Part shown: piece after piece, positions 51,759 to 60,700 of the stretch
How positions within the stretch are numbered: position 1 is the first letter of the stretch
Layout: each line of letters opens with the position of its first letter
Assembly (NCBI GenBank): GCA_963664815.2
Contig: CAXXHB010000003.1
Coordinates: 1,216,001 to 1,280,000 of the forward strand
Origin: Spirochaetota bacterium
GTDB taxonomy: Bacteria > Spirochaetota > UBA4802 > UBA5550
DNA: 64,000 bases
Direction of reading: 5' to 3'
The notes under the pieces: model-generated
Databases searched by the model: none
Told to the model about the DNA's origin: nothing
What the model saw: the letters and a program-made list of their open reading frames with translations, nothing else
Translations under genes and position numbers: made by a program

Positions 51759-51929
51759 TTATTTTTTTGATTTTTCGGCTTCATCAACAAGCATAACAGG
51801 TATTCCGTCTTTCACAGGATATTTTAAACCGCAGCCTGTGCATATGAGCTTTTCATTGCGGGTATCGTACTCCAAATCTCCTCTGCACGCCGGACATGCA
51901 AGAATTTCAAGAAGTTTTGTATCAATCAT
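51759..51929 (-). CDS. Trm112/YcaR-family zinc-ribbon protein (56 aa); not in ORF track
   Basis: [19 protein letters not shown]...[31 protein letters not shown]. Confidence 0.93.
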   Translation of the reverse strand: MIDTKLLEILACPACRGDLEYDTRNEKLICTGCGLKYPVKDGIPVMLVDEAEKSKK

Positions 51930-52180
51930 TTTAAGCTCCAGTATAAATTGGTCATTTATTTTATTAAAAGAGTTGCCTGTGAGTCAATCAAAATACTATT
52001 TTGAAATAGTATAATAACTATATCAAAATTTGATATTTTTGCTGATATAATTTCATTACCGCTTCATGAATAGTTATTTATGAATGGTATTTTTTATTTT
52101 ACATAATAAATATGTCAGTAAAATTTTTTATTTTTTTATTTTAAATCGTATTAAATATTGATAATTTCCGGAGATAATTG

Positions 52181-52867
52181 ATGAATAAGAAAGGTGTTAT
52201 TCTGTTAAGTGGAGGACTTGATTCTGCGACGGTTGCAGCCATAGCAATAAAAGAGGGATTCTCTCTGTCTGCTCTGACTTTTTATTATTCCCAGAGGCAT
52301 GAAATTGAAATCGTATTTGCAGAGAGATTAGCCGGTTATTTCAAAATAGATAATCATATAAAAATATCAATACCGGCTGAGATTTTCAAATCAGCATTGA
52401 CAAAGGATTCAGAAATTGAAGTACCCAAAAACAGGGATGTCACAAGGAGTGATATACCAGAAACATATGTTCCGGCGAGGAATATCATTTTTTTATCATT
52501 TGCCCTGGCATATGCCGAATCTACCGGTGCAGAAAATATTTTTATTGGAGCAAATGCGATTGATTATAGTGGATATCCTGACTGCCGACCAGAATTTTTC
52601 AGTGCATTCAGAAAAATGGCTAATACCGGTACAAAGTCCGGCGTTGAGGGGAGGGGATTCACAATTCATACTCCATTAATGCATCTTTATAAGCATGAAA
52701 TAATAAAATTGGGAACAGAATTGGGCCTGGATTATTCTTTTACACATAGCTGCTATGATCCTTCAATTGATGGTTCATCATGCGGGGAATGTGACAGCTG
52801 TCATCTGAGAATGAAGGGTTTTGCTGAAGCAGGCGTTCCTGATCCGACTCAATACAGGAAGAAATGA
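52181..52867 (+). CDS. queC: 7-cyano-7-deazaguanine synthase
   Basis: LLSGGLDS, TYVPARN, GYPDCRP, SCY..CGECDSC. Confidence 0.97.
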   Translation: MNKKGVILLSGGLDSATVAAIAIKEGFSLSALTFYYSQRHEIEIVFAERLAGYFKIDNHIKISIPAEIFKSALTKDSEIEVPKNRDVTRSDIPETYVPARNIIFLSFALAYAESTGAENIFIGANAIDYSGYPDCRPEFFSAFRKMANTGTKSGVEGRGFTIHTPLMHLYKHEIIKLGTELGLDYSFTHSCYDPSIDGSSCGECDSCHLRMKGFAEAGVPDPTQYRKK

Positions 52868-53641
52868 TAAGGTTTTTTCTCTTTTTTCTGGATTTTGTTT
52901 TCCCGTGTAATTGTGTATCCTGCGGTACCCCTGTACCTTATTATATGAATTATTTGTGCAACGAATGTCGTGCATGTATGAATGAGATTAAAAATGGATG
53001 TTCTGTATGCTCTGGAATAGTAGAAGATAATTTCTGTTCAATTTGCGGAGAGAGGATGTTTTATCCGGAAAAGCATATCTCCCTGTTCAGTTATGAAAAA
53101 GTATTAAAAGCTGTAATTCATTCTCTTAAATTTAGGGGTTTAAAGCATATTTACAGGAATTTTGTCCAACTACGGGAGCAGTCTGAAGAGATTTAAGAAA
53201 CGTTTAAAGCATATTTACAGGAATTTTGTCCCGATTATCTGCGGGAGAATTTATGATTTCGGGGAGAAAATAGACATCGTGACTTCTGTTCCCATGAACA
53301 GAAGAAAACTGGTTAAAAGAGGTTATAATCAGTCAGAGTTGATAGCACGGGCTGTCAGCAGAAAAACTGGAATAGAATTTTATGAAATTCTGAAAGAATG
53401 TAAAAACAGGATACAGCAGAGAGATCTTAATTATGATAAGAGATTTATAAATGTTATTGACAGGTATGAAACTGTTAATAATATTAAATTCAGAGGTAAA
53501 GCGGTACTTCTTATAGATGATGTTTTTACAACCGGGGCAACAATTAATGAGTGTTCGAGAATTCTATTGTTAGCCGGTGCTGCTAAAGTATTTTCGATAA
53601 CAATAGTCCGTTCTGACTTAAAAAAGCTTGAAAATCTGTAG
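52864..53641 (+). pseudogene. comF: ComF-family competence protein (double zinc ribbon + PRTase) frameshifted by a 64-bp insertion
   Basis: N-part FP..CVSC..LC.EC..C..C..C..C; C-part RGYNQS, LLIDDVFTTGAT. Removing 53168-53231 restores one 237-aa ORF. Confidence 0.92.
53138..53231 (+). repeat. Repeat(30)-spacer(34)-repeat(30) unit inside comF with CRISPR-like geometry
   Basis: gtttaaagcatatttacaggaattttgtcc at 53138-53167 and 53202-53231, flanking aactacgggagcagtctgaagagatttaagaaac. Confidence 0.95.
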
Positions 53642-53690
53642 AAAAAGAAATAATATAATCATAAATATGACAATATAATTGGAGCAGGTG

Positions 53691-54020
53691 ATGGAGAGAA
53701 TTTCACATGATAATTATGAACTCATAATACTGGAGGGGAGGATCGATCAGGCTGAGTCTGAAGAACTTGAATCTGTTTTGAGTGATTGTGTTGAAGATGG
53801 AAAAATAAATATCTGTATTGATATGATAGATGTCAAGCACATATGCAGTTCTGCGCTTGGAGTTCTTGTCGCAATAAAAAGAAAGATCAAGGATAATGAA
53901 GGTGATATAAAACTTGTTATAAGCAGTGATAATCTCCTTAAACTTTTCGAAACAACTATGTTGAATAAAGTATTTGAAATTTATGAATCACGACGCGAAT
54001 GTCTTCCGAACTTTGATTGA
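53691..54020 (+). CDS. STAS-domain anti-sigma factor antagonist
   Basis: LEGRID, IDMIDVKHICSSALGVLV, LFETTMLNKVF. Confidence 0.92.
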   Translation: MERISHDNYELIILEGRIDQAESEELESVLSDCVEDGKINICIDMIDVKHICSSALGVLVAIKRKIKDNEGDIKLVISSDNLLKLFETTMLNKVFEIYESRRECLPNFD

Positions 54021-54029
54021 TAGTTTGTT

Positions 54030-55004
54030 ATGAGCGATATATTAAAGAAGATTCTTGAGCCTCTATCTGAAGAACTTATAAAAGTTGATGAAAAAATTAA
54101 AAATCACCTTAAAACAGGTGTTTCTATAATAGATGATAGTTCTATGCATCTTTTTTCCAGCGGTGGGAAGAAGATAAGAGCGTCACTTGCGCTTCTTTCA
54201 TCCGGACTAAGGACAGGATCCAATGATGGTGTCATCGATCTTGCTGCGGCTGTGGAGATAATTCACGCTGCATCCCTGATCCATGATGATATTATTGATA
54301 AATCCTTTATAAGGAGAGGACTTATATCAGTACCGAGCAAATTTGGTGATAAGATTGCCGTACTTGCCGGTGATTATATGTACTCTGTTGCTGTAAATAT
54401 TGCAATTAAAAGCAGCAATGAGAGAATTCTTGAAATTATTTCTGATGCAACAAAAGAAATGGTTAAGGGTGAGCTTTATCAGCTTGAGTATTCAAATATT
54501 AATAAGATAACTGAAGAGCATTACTTCAACATTATTGAGCGGAAAACCGGGAAATTAATGGCTGCAAGTGCAGCTGTTGGTGCAATAAAATCGGGGCTAA
54601 CTTCTGAAGAATGTGATTTTATATATAATATGGGTCTCAATATAGGCTTCGCATTTCAAATTGTTGATGACACATTTGATTTCAGCGACAGCAGCTCAGT
54701 AACCGGTAAAGATGTAGGAAACGATTTTAAGGATGGTAAAATTACACTCCCTTTTATTTACATACTGAAAAATGGAACTGAGAAAGAAAAGAAAAATGTC
54801 AGGGATTTATCGGCTGATCCTGAAAATGCCGACTGGAGTGAAGTAAAGAAAATGATTCATTCTTCAGGTGCATTTAAATATTCATTAAACAGGGCTGGAG
54901 AGTTTGCTGAAAATGCGAAAAAACAGCTTGAGATTTTTCCGGAGTCTGAAAATAAAAATATCATCAAAGATCTGATTAATTTTATTGTTGAAAGAAATTA
55001 TTGA
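54030..55004 (+). CDS. Long-chain polyprenyl diphosphate synthase (IspB/HepT-like)
   Basis: GGKKIR, HAASLIHDDIID..RRG, AVLAGDY, FQIVDDTFD, GKITLP. Confidence 0.92.
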   Translation: MSDILKKILEPLSEELIKVDEKIKNHLKTGVSIIDDSSMHLFSSGGKKIRASLALLSSGLRTGSNDGVIDLAAAVEIIHAASLIHDDIIDKSFIRRGLISVPSKFGDKIAVLAGDYMYSVAVNIAIKSSNERILEIISDATKEMVKGELYQLEYSNINKITEEHYFNIIERKTGKLMAASAAVGAIKSGLTSEECDFIYNMGLNIGFAFQIVDDTFDFSDSSSVTGKDVGNDFKDGKITLPFIYILKNGTEKEKKNVRDLSADPENADWSEVKKMIHSSGAFKYSLNRAGEFAENAKKQLEIFPESENKNIIKDLINFIVERNY

Positions 55005-55080
55005 TTAAGTAATGTTGAAATTACAATTATTCTCACATCTTTTAAGTTTTTACTGGTATTCATTTCTTTGAATCAGGGGG

Positions 55081-55308
55081 GTGCTTGTGTTATCCAGGGA
55101 AAAAGAGGAATTGCTTAAATATTATAATCTTGGTCTAGCTGCTTATAAACAGAGAAAATGGGATGATGCAATCCGCTCATTCGAAATGGCGCTTAAACTC
55201 TTCCCGGAGGATGGTCCTTCAGAGCTTTATCTTGAAAGAGCACAGACATTCAAGGTGACTCCTCCACCGGAAGACTGGGATGGTGTTTATGTAATGACCA
55301 CAAAATAA
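55081..55308 (+). CDS. Small stand-alone TPR protein
   Basis: GLAAYKQRKWDDAIRSF...DGPSELYLER...PPPEDWDGVY. Confidence 0.85.
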   Translation: MLVLSREKEELLKYYNLGLAAYKQRKWDDAIRSFEMALKLFPEDGPSELYLERAQTFKVTPPPEDWDGVYVMTTK

Positions 55309-55423
55309 TTCTGATAAACCGGGAGTATATTTTATTTGATTTTATTGAAATGAAGAACTTCCGTTTATAGAATGTTCGATATAGTATTTAATATGCTGTA
55401 AAAAAATAGATCAGGAAAATGTA

Positions 55424-55858
55424 ATGGCAAAGAAGATAATTCAGGTTAATAAGAATCCGGTTTATGATATCGGGATGATTTCAACTGTTTTTAATAAAAA
55501 TACGGAATTTTATGGTGATCTCACATTTAAAAAATCTCTTCAGATTAATGGAAAATTTGAGGGTGAGATAAGTTCAGGAACTTATCTTGTTGTTGGTGAA
55601 GAAGCAGTTATAAAGGCCAATATCAAAGCGGATACTGTTATCATTAAAGGGACTGTATACGGGAATGTAGAAGCTGTAACGAGGCTTGAAATTCATACAA
55701 ATGGCAAACTTTACGGGAATATAAGGACAAAAAAACTCATGATTTCCGATGGTGTGGTTTTTGAGGGGAAATGTGAAATGATTAAACCATATGAAAAAAA
55801 AGTGAAGAAAGGGGATGAAATTCCTGATTCTACAGAACCTGAAGCGGTACAGATTTAG
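55424..55858 (+). CDS. Bactofilin (polymer-forming cytoskeletal protein)
   Basis: F.GDL.F..SLQINGKFEG, VIIKGTVYGNVEA, I.DG..FEGKC. Confidence 0.93.
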   Translation: MAKKIIQVNKNPVYDIGMISTVFNKNTEFYGDLTFKKSLQINGKFEGEISSGTYLVVGEEAVIKANIKADTVIIKGTVYGNVEAVTRLEIHTNGKLYGNIRTKKLMISDGVVFEGKCEMIKPYEKKVKKGDEIPDSTEPEAVQI

Positions 55859-55861
55859 CTT

Positions 55862-56218
55862 TCAGTTAATAATCATTTTAAATGAAATGTAAAGCAGCAG
55901 AAAACCGAAAAATTTTTTCAATATCTGTGGATTGATATTAAGTGCGAGTTTACTCCCTAACCATGCACCAATTAAAAAACCGGCAGCTATAATAGCTGCT
56001 GTTTTTATATCAGCATTACCTGCCTTGTAATATTCAAGTGCTGCAAATATTCCGATAGGTGGTATCATGGCAAGGAGTGTTGTACCCTGAGCTTTAATCT
56101 GGTCAAAACCTGCAAGGAATATCAACGCCGGAATCATTACTACAGCTCCTCCGATCCCTAGAAGTCCGCTTGAAATACCTCCAATAAAACCTATTATCAG
56201 AATTATAAGTGTTTTCAT
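55862..56218 (-). CDS. Half-size TauE/SafE (TSUP) membrane protein
   Basis: GLLGIGGAVVMIPAL, AQGTTL. Confidence 0.88.
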   Translation of the reverse strand: MKTLIILIIGFIGGISSGLLGIGGAVVMIPALIFLAGFDQIKAQGTTLLAMIPPIGIFAALEYYKAGNADIKTAAIIAAGFLIGAWLGSKLALNINPQILKKFFGFLLLYISFKMIIN

Positions 56219-56348
56219 TTTTAAAACCTTCCAGTGTTTTTTAGTTTAAATATTACCCAATCCGGTATTGTTTCCCATGCAGGTTGAATTGAGTGGTATA
56301 TACATGAATTATAAAATAGGCTATTAATATTTTAAAACGGAAATGCCG

Positions 56349-57056
56349 CTAACTGTTAATAATATCATTGATTATAAGGCCTGCAGCCATCAGACCAAAT
56401 ATACCCGGCATAAAGGAGATGCTCCCCTGCATTCTTTTTCCTATGCCGGATTCAGGTTCCTGAACTTTGTTAAGGTTCTCTGTCGAGTAGATACATCTCA
56501 CACCGGTTAAAATTCCGGCAGCTTTAAGTCTTTTCCTCATCACCCTTGCAAGAGGGCAGTATTCAGTCATGCTTATGTCATCAATTCTGATTTTTGATGA
56601 GTCGAGCCTGCTCCCGGCCCCCATGGATGATACAAATGGAATGTTTCTATTCACCAGCTCCGAGATTAGGGAGGTTTTTGCATCAATTTCGTCTATAGCA
56701 TCAATAGCATAGATGGAATTATCGTAAGGTATCAGTTTGCTTATACTCTCAGAGCTAAGACGTTCACTGATTGCTGTAATATTTATTTCCGGGTTGATCT
56801 CTTTTATTCTTTTCAGTGCGACTTCAGTTTTTAACTCCCCCATTGTTGATGAAAGTGCAAATATCTGGCGGTTCATGTTTGAGGGAGTTACCTTGTCATA
56901 ATCAGCAATAATCATTCTGCCCGCGCCTGCACGGGCAATAGCTTCAGCAGCATATCCTCCGACACCTCCCAGACCGAAGATTGCAACAGTAGCCAGATTC
57001 ATTTTATCCAGATTTTCTTTGCCTATGAGTATTTCAGTCCTTGACAGATCTATCAT
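56349..57056 (-). CDS. tcdA: tRNA threonylcarbamoyladenosine dehydratase (ThiF family)
   Basis: GLGGVGG, SNMNRQ, DAID, SSMGAG, CPLA, STE. Confidence 0.92.
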   Translation of the reverse strand: MIDLSRTEILIGKENLDKMNLATVAIFGLGGVGGYAAEAIARAGAGRMIIADYDKVTPSNMNRQIFALSSTMGELKTEVALKRIKEINPEINITAISERLSSESISKLIPYDNSIYAIDAIDEIDAKTSLISELVNRNIPFVSSMGAGSRLDSSKIRIDDISMTEYCPLARVMRKRLKAAGILTGVRCIYSTENLNKVQEPESGIGKRMQGSISFMPGIFGLMAAGLIINDIINS

Positions 57057-57820
57057 CCATTCAGTCCAAAAATTTTTTTTGCATTTGCTGTGGTTGTTTC
57101 CGCAATTTTCTCCTCCGGTATTGTGAGTATACCGGAGGCAGCCCTGAGATTCAGCAGTATGTTTGATGGTATATTTGGTTTCATGGTATTTAACGGCGGG
57201 ATGTCAGGGCTATCAGTTTCAAGGAGGAAAAAGTCCGGGTAAATGCGTTTAAGCACTTCACTCCGTTTTTTACTGTTCCTGTATGTAAGCGTTCCACCCA
57301 TAGAGAAAGAAAGACCTTTTTTAATCAGAATCTCTGTAATTTCGGGACTGCCGGAGTACGCATGTACAGTTCCCCCGTTACGTGGCACACCAATGCGGTT
57401 TATTGATTCAATCAGTTCATTGAATGCGCCGCGACAGTGAATTATTACCGGCATTCCTGTTTCAACTGCATACTGAAGCTGAAGCTCAAATATCTCACGT
57501 TGAAGATCAAAAGATGGTGATACAATTTTTCTGTCAAGCCCGATTTCTCCTATTGCAACAGCACCTTTTCCGGAAGCGTTTTCAAGCTTGAGTTTAATAT
57601 CTCGGTCAGATTCTGATACATACCAGGGATGAATGCCGATACTGAATTCGACCAGTTTAAATCTTTCATGAATTTTTTCTGATTTTTCCCATTCATTTAG
57701 GGTAACGGACGATGTTATCAGTTTAACAATACCTGCCTTAACTGCTTCGTCGATCACCTTATCGAGAGAATAGTCAAATTCCTGAGCTTCGAGATGGCAG
57801 TGAGAATCTATCAGTTTCAG
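57053..57820 (-). CDS. tatD: TatD-family nuclease; probable CTG start
   Basis: In-frame extension LKLIDSHCHL upstream of the track start; GIHPW, IGEIGLD, HCR, ETDSP. Confidence 0.92.
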   Translation of the reverse strand: MKLIDSHCHLEAQEFDYSLDKVIDEAVKAGIVKLITSSVTLNEWEKSEKIHERFKLVEFSIGIHPWYVSESDRDIKLKLENASGKGAVAIGEIGLDRKIVSPSFDLQREIFELQLQYAVETGMPVIIHCRGAFNELIESINRIGVPRNGGTVHAYSGSPEITEILIKKGLSFSMGGTLTYRNSKKRSEVLKRIYPDFFLLETDSPDIPPLNTMKPNIPSNILLNLRAASGILTIPEEKIAETTTANAKKIFGLNG

Positions 57821-59028
57821 TTGATTAAATCCTCCGGCTGATTTTTTAATGGTTTGTTTTTACTTTCAATATATATTCTGGCATCACCCATTGAAATGAA
57901 AAATTTATTTTTACCATCCATATCGAAATTGGTGGCAAAAGAAGCATAGTGCTTGCCACAGACTATAATCAGCTCCCTCTCGGGGAAGAGATTGAAAAGA
58001 TATTTAAGCTGGGAAGTTTCACTCTGATCCATGTCGTTTATGAGCCTGTAGTCAAGTATAATAACTGTGTTTGAAAGAGTTTTAAGAAATGCTCCGGTAA
58101 ATATTTTTTTTCGTTCGTTTATTGCATTTTCTGACTTGAGTGTAAATCTGAATGTTATGTAGGCGATATCATCCTGACGGTCGACAATTATATTATTTAC
58201 TTCATTTTTCAACATCATCGCCCTTTTACGTCTGGAATCGGCAATAGCAGCTCTGCTTTTCCCAGAGATTATCATTTCATCGCAGTTTTTTGAGATGTAA
58301 TCTGTAACGCCGAGTTTCATTGCAAGGAGAATATCTTCTTTTCTGGTTTTTGATGAGTACATTATGACTGGAATGTTTTTTGTAAACTCGTCTTTTTTCA
58401 GCTCTTTCAATACATCATAACCATCAATATCCGGCATCACGATGTCGAGTATAATAAGGTCTGGATTTCCTGTTTTTGCCAGTTCAATCCCCTCTTTTCC
58501 TGATTGTGCTGTGATAATGTTATGTCTGTCTTTTTTAAGGATATCCGATGTCATTTTAAGAACCAGTTTTGAGTCATCTATGATCAGGATAAGACCTTCA
58601 ATTTTATCATCGAAGTTCAAATCTTTCGGAGATACAAGGTCTTTCTTTGTTTCATCGTTTTTTAATAAATCTGCAGCAAGCCTGTTTACTACGCGGATAA
58701 CATTATCGTCAGCAAAAGGTTTAACTATAAATCCTGCAGCACCGTTATCGATACCTGAGAGAATCATTCTCTCCTGGCTATTGGCACTTATGATTATTAT
58801 TTTTGCATCCGGATAATTTTTTTTAAGCAATGCGGTAGTTTCTATGCCGTCCATTCCCGGCATATTAATGTCCATTGTTACTATATCAGGTTTATATGTT
58901 CTATATCCGGACAAGGCATCGTCACCTCTTTCGCATTCGCATACTATGGTGTGCCCTATTTTAGTAAGAATGTCGGTAAGCTTTTTTCTTACCAGTTTTG
59001 AATCATCCACAAGCATTATCTTAGCCAT
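57817..59028 (-). CDS. Dual receiver-domain response regulator with unknown (STAS-like) C-terminal domain
   Basis: REC1 LVDDS..VTMDINMP..KP; REC2 IIDDS..ILDIVMP..DYISK; likely start MAKIMLVDD. Confidence 0.88.
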   Translation of the reverse strand: MAKIMLVDDSKLVRKKLTDILTKIGHTIVCECERGDDALSGYRTYKPDIVTMDINMPGMDGIETTALLKKNYPDAKIIIISANSQERMILSGIDNGAAGFIVKPFADDNVIRVVNRLAADLLKNDETKKDLVSPKDLNFDDKIEGLILIIDDSKLVLKMTSDILKKDRHNIITAQSGKEGIELAKTGNPDLIILDIVMPDIDGYDVLKELKKDEFTKNIPVIMYSSKTRKEDILLAMKLGVTDYISKNCDEMIISGKSRAAIADSRRKRAMMLKNEVNNIIVDRQDDIAYITFRFTLKSENAINERKKIFTGAFLKTLSNTVIILDYRLINDMDQSETSQLKYLFNLFPERELIIVCGKHYASFATNFDMDGKNKFFISMGDARIYIESKNKPLKNQPEDLIN

Positions 59029-59051
59029 GAAATTCCCGCCGTTCTTTTTAT

Positions 59052-59471
59052 TTATTCTCCGATTATCTTGACCAGTATTCTTTTTGGCCTTCTCCCGTCG
59101 AACTCTGCATAGTATATCTGCTCCCATGGACCGAAATCAAGACGGCCTTCTGTAACTGCCACGACAACCTCCCGTCCCATAATAGTCCTTTTTATATGTG
59201 CATCTCCATTATCCTCGCCGGTTTTATTGTGATGATACCGGCTTACTGGTTCGTGTGGAGCGAGTTCCTCCAGAAAATCGTCAAAATCTTTTAAAAGCCC
59301 GTTTTCAGCATCATTAATATAAACGCTTGCTGTTATATGCATTGCGTTTACCAGACAAAGTCCCTCTTTTATTTCACTTTTGCTCAGCTCAGCAATTATC
59401 TCCCTGGTAATATTAATATATTCTCTTCTTGATCTGGTATTAATAGTAAGGTAAGCAGTGTGAGATTTCAA
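59052..59471 (-). CDS. yjbQ: YjbQ (UPF0047) family protein
   Basis: [31 protein letters not shown]. Confidence 0.92.
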   Translation of the reverse strand: MKSHTAYLTINTRSRREYINITREIIAELSKSEIKEGLCLVNAMHITASVYINDAENGLLKDFDDFLEELAPHEPVSRYHHNKTGEDNGDAHIKRTIMGREVVVAVTEGRLDFGPWEQIYYAEFDGRRPKRILVKIIGE

Positions 59472-59488
59472 ATATTTACCTCCATTGT

Positions 59489-60700
59489 CTATTCTCTTTT
59501 TGTCATATCAATAGCCATTGCAATTAATGAAACTGGATGCAGAACTTTATATTTTGTATTCATCTCAATCTGCATTTTGCATGTTTCACAGTCTGTTATC
59601 ACGAATTCTGGTACTGCCTTTTCTATAAGAGTAAAAAGATTATTACCTACTGAAAGTGAAATATCGTAATTTTCTTTCTTGAAACCGTAGGTTCCGGCAA
59701 TTCCGCAGCATTCGGAATTAAGAACTACAAGTTCAAGACCTGGTATCTGTTTAAGAATGCTGAGTGTGTACATAACTCCTCCCATTCGTTCAAGATGACA
59801 GGGGGAATGGTATGCCGCCCTGATCCCCAGTGATTTCATCGGTGGTATGTTCCCGGAATGAAATTCTTTGTATATAAACTTTGTGACATATTCCACCCGG
59901 TCTGATATACCTGAATTATCCAGTTCAAGAAAACTTGAATATTCATTTCTGAGCGCGAAAGCGCAGCTTGATGACGTGGTAACTATTCTGGATTCGGTTT
60001 CATTTTTTTGCAGTGACGAGATATTATATTGTGCATTTTTTTTCGCTTTTTTTATATAGCCGTTTGCTATCAGCGGGACTCCACAGCATTTCTCTTTTTT
60101 TATTTCAACACTGTAACCGAGAGAGTTAATTACATTAACGAATTCCACACCGAGCTTATTATTGTTATAGTTTACATAACATCCGTGAAAATAAATTATC
60201 TTTCCCGGGAATCCTTTTTGTTTTGGTTTCAGTGTTTTTTTGAATACTTTTCTGAAAGTTGTTTTCTCGTAAGGAGGGAATACCGTTTTATAGGGAATTT
60301 TCAGAAATACATGCATAAATACGCGGACAATTGATAAACCTATTATAAAGTTTACAATTACACTGAAAAGAGTTGCCATTATTCCAACAAGATCAGTTCG
60401 GCTCATGAAAAAATCCCTTGGTCTGAACCAGTGGATCTTAAGATAATTCCACTTTGCATGCTGAATGATCTCGGCGATTTTTACGTCGGACGGACAGGCG
60501 ATCTCGCACCTTTTACAGTTTGTACAGTATTTCAGTGAAGAATCAACAAGTTCCGGATTTTTAATTCTGAGACGTTCTGCATCCGGGCCTGATGCTTTGG
60601 GTCCGGGGAAAAGATGAGTTGCCTGTGATACCGGGCAATACATGGTGCAAACAGTACATTTAATACAGTGGTCAAAACTTATATTTTCGATTCTAATCAT
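59489..60700 (-). CDS. glpC: Anaerobic glycerol-3-phosphate dehydrogenase subunit C
   Basis: [24 protein letters not shown], two CCG motifs, DCETCK. Confidence 0.95.
   Translation of the reverse strand: MIRIENISFDHCIKCTVCTMYCPVSQATHLFPGPKASGPDAERLRIKNPELVDSSLKYCTNCKRCEIACPSDVKIAEIIQHAKWNYLKIHWFRPRDFFMSRTDLVGIMATLFSVIVNFIIGLSIVRVFMHVFLKIPYKTVFPPYEKTTFRKVFKKTLKPKQKGFPGKIIYFHGCYVNYNNNKLGVEFVNVINSLGYSVEIKKEKCCGVPLIANGYIKKAKKNAQYNISSLQKNETESRIVTTSSSCAFALRNEYSSFLELDNSGISDRVEYVTKFIYKEFHSGNIPPMKSLGIRAAYHSPCHLERMGGVMYTLSILKQIPGLELVVLNSECCGIAGTYGFKKENYDISLSVGNNLFTLIEKAVPEFVITDCETCKMQIEMNTKYKVLHPVSLIAMAIDMTKRE

Noticed and set aside
51748-52014. 88-aa plus-strand ORF
   Set aside because: Antisense shadow of the Trm112-family gene.
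52015-52180. Possible preQ1 riboswitch before queC
   Set aside because: No matching GC stem with the conserved loop and A-rich tail.
53168-53185. Insert begins aactacgggagcag, reminiscent of the 16S motif cctacgggaggcagcag
   Set aside because: Match is short and gapped and does not extend; probably chance.
59029-59127. 33-aa N-terminal extension of the response regulator in the ORF track
   Set aside because: Overlaps yjbQ; the receiver domain begins at ATG 59028.
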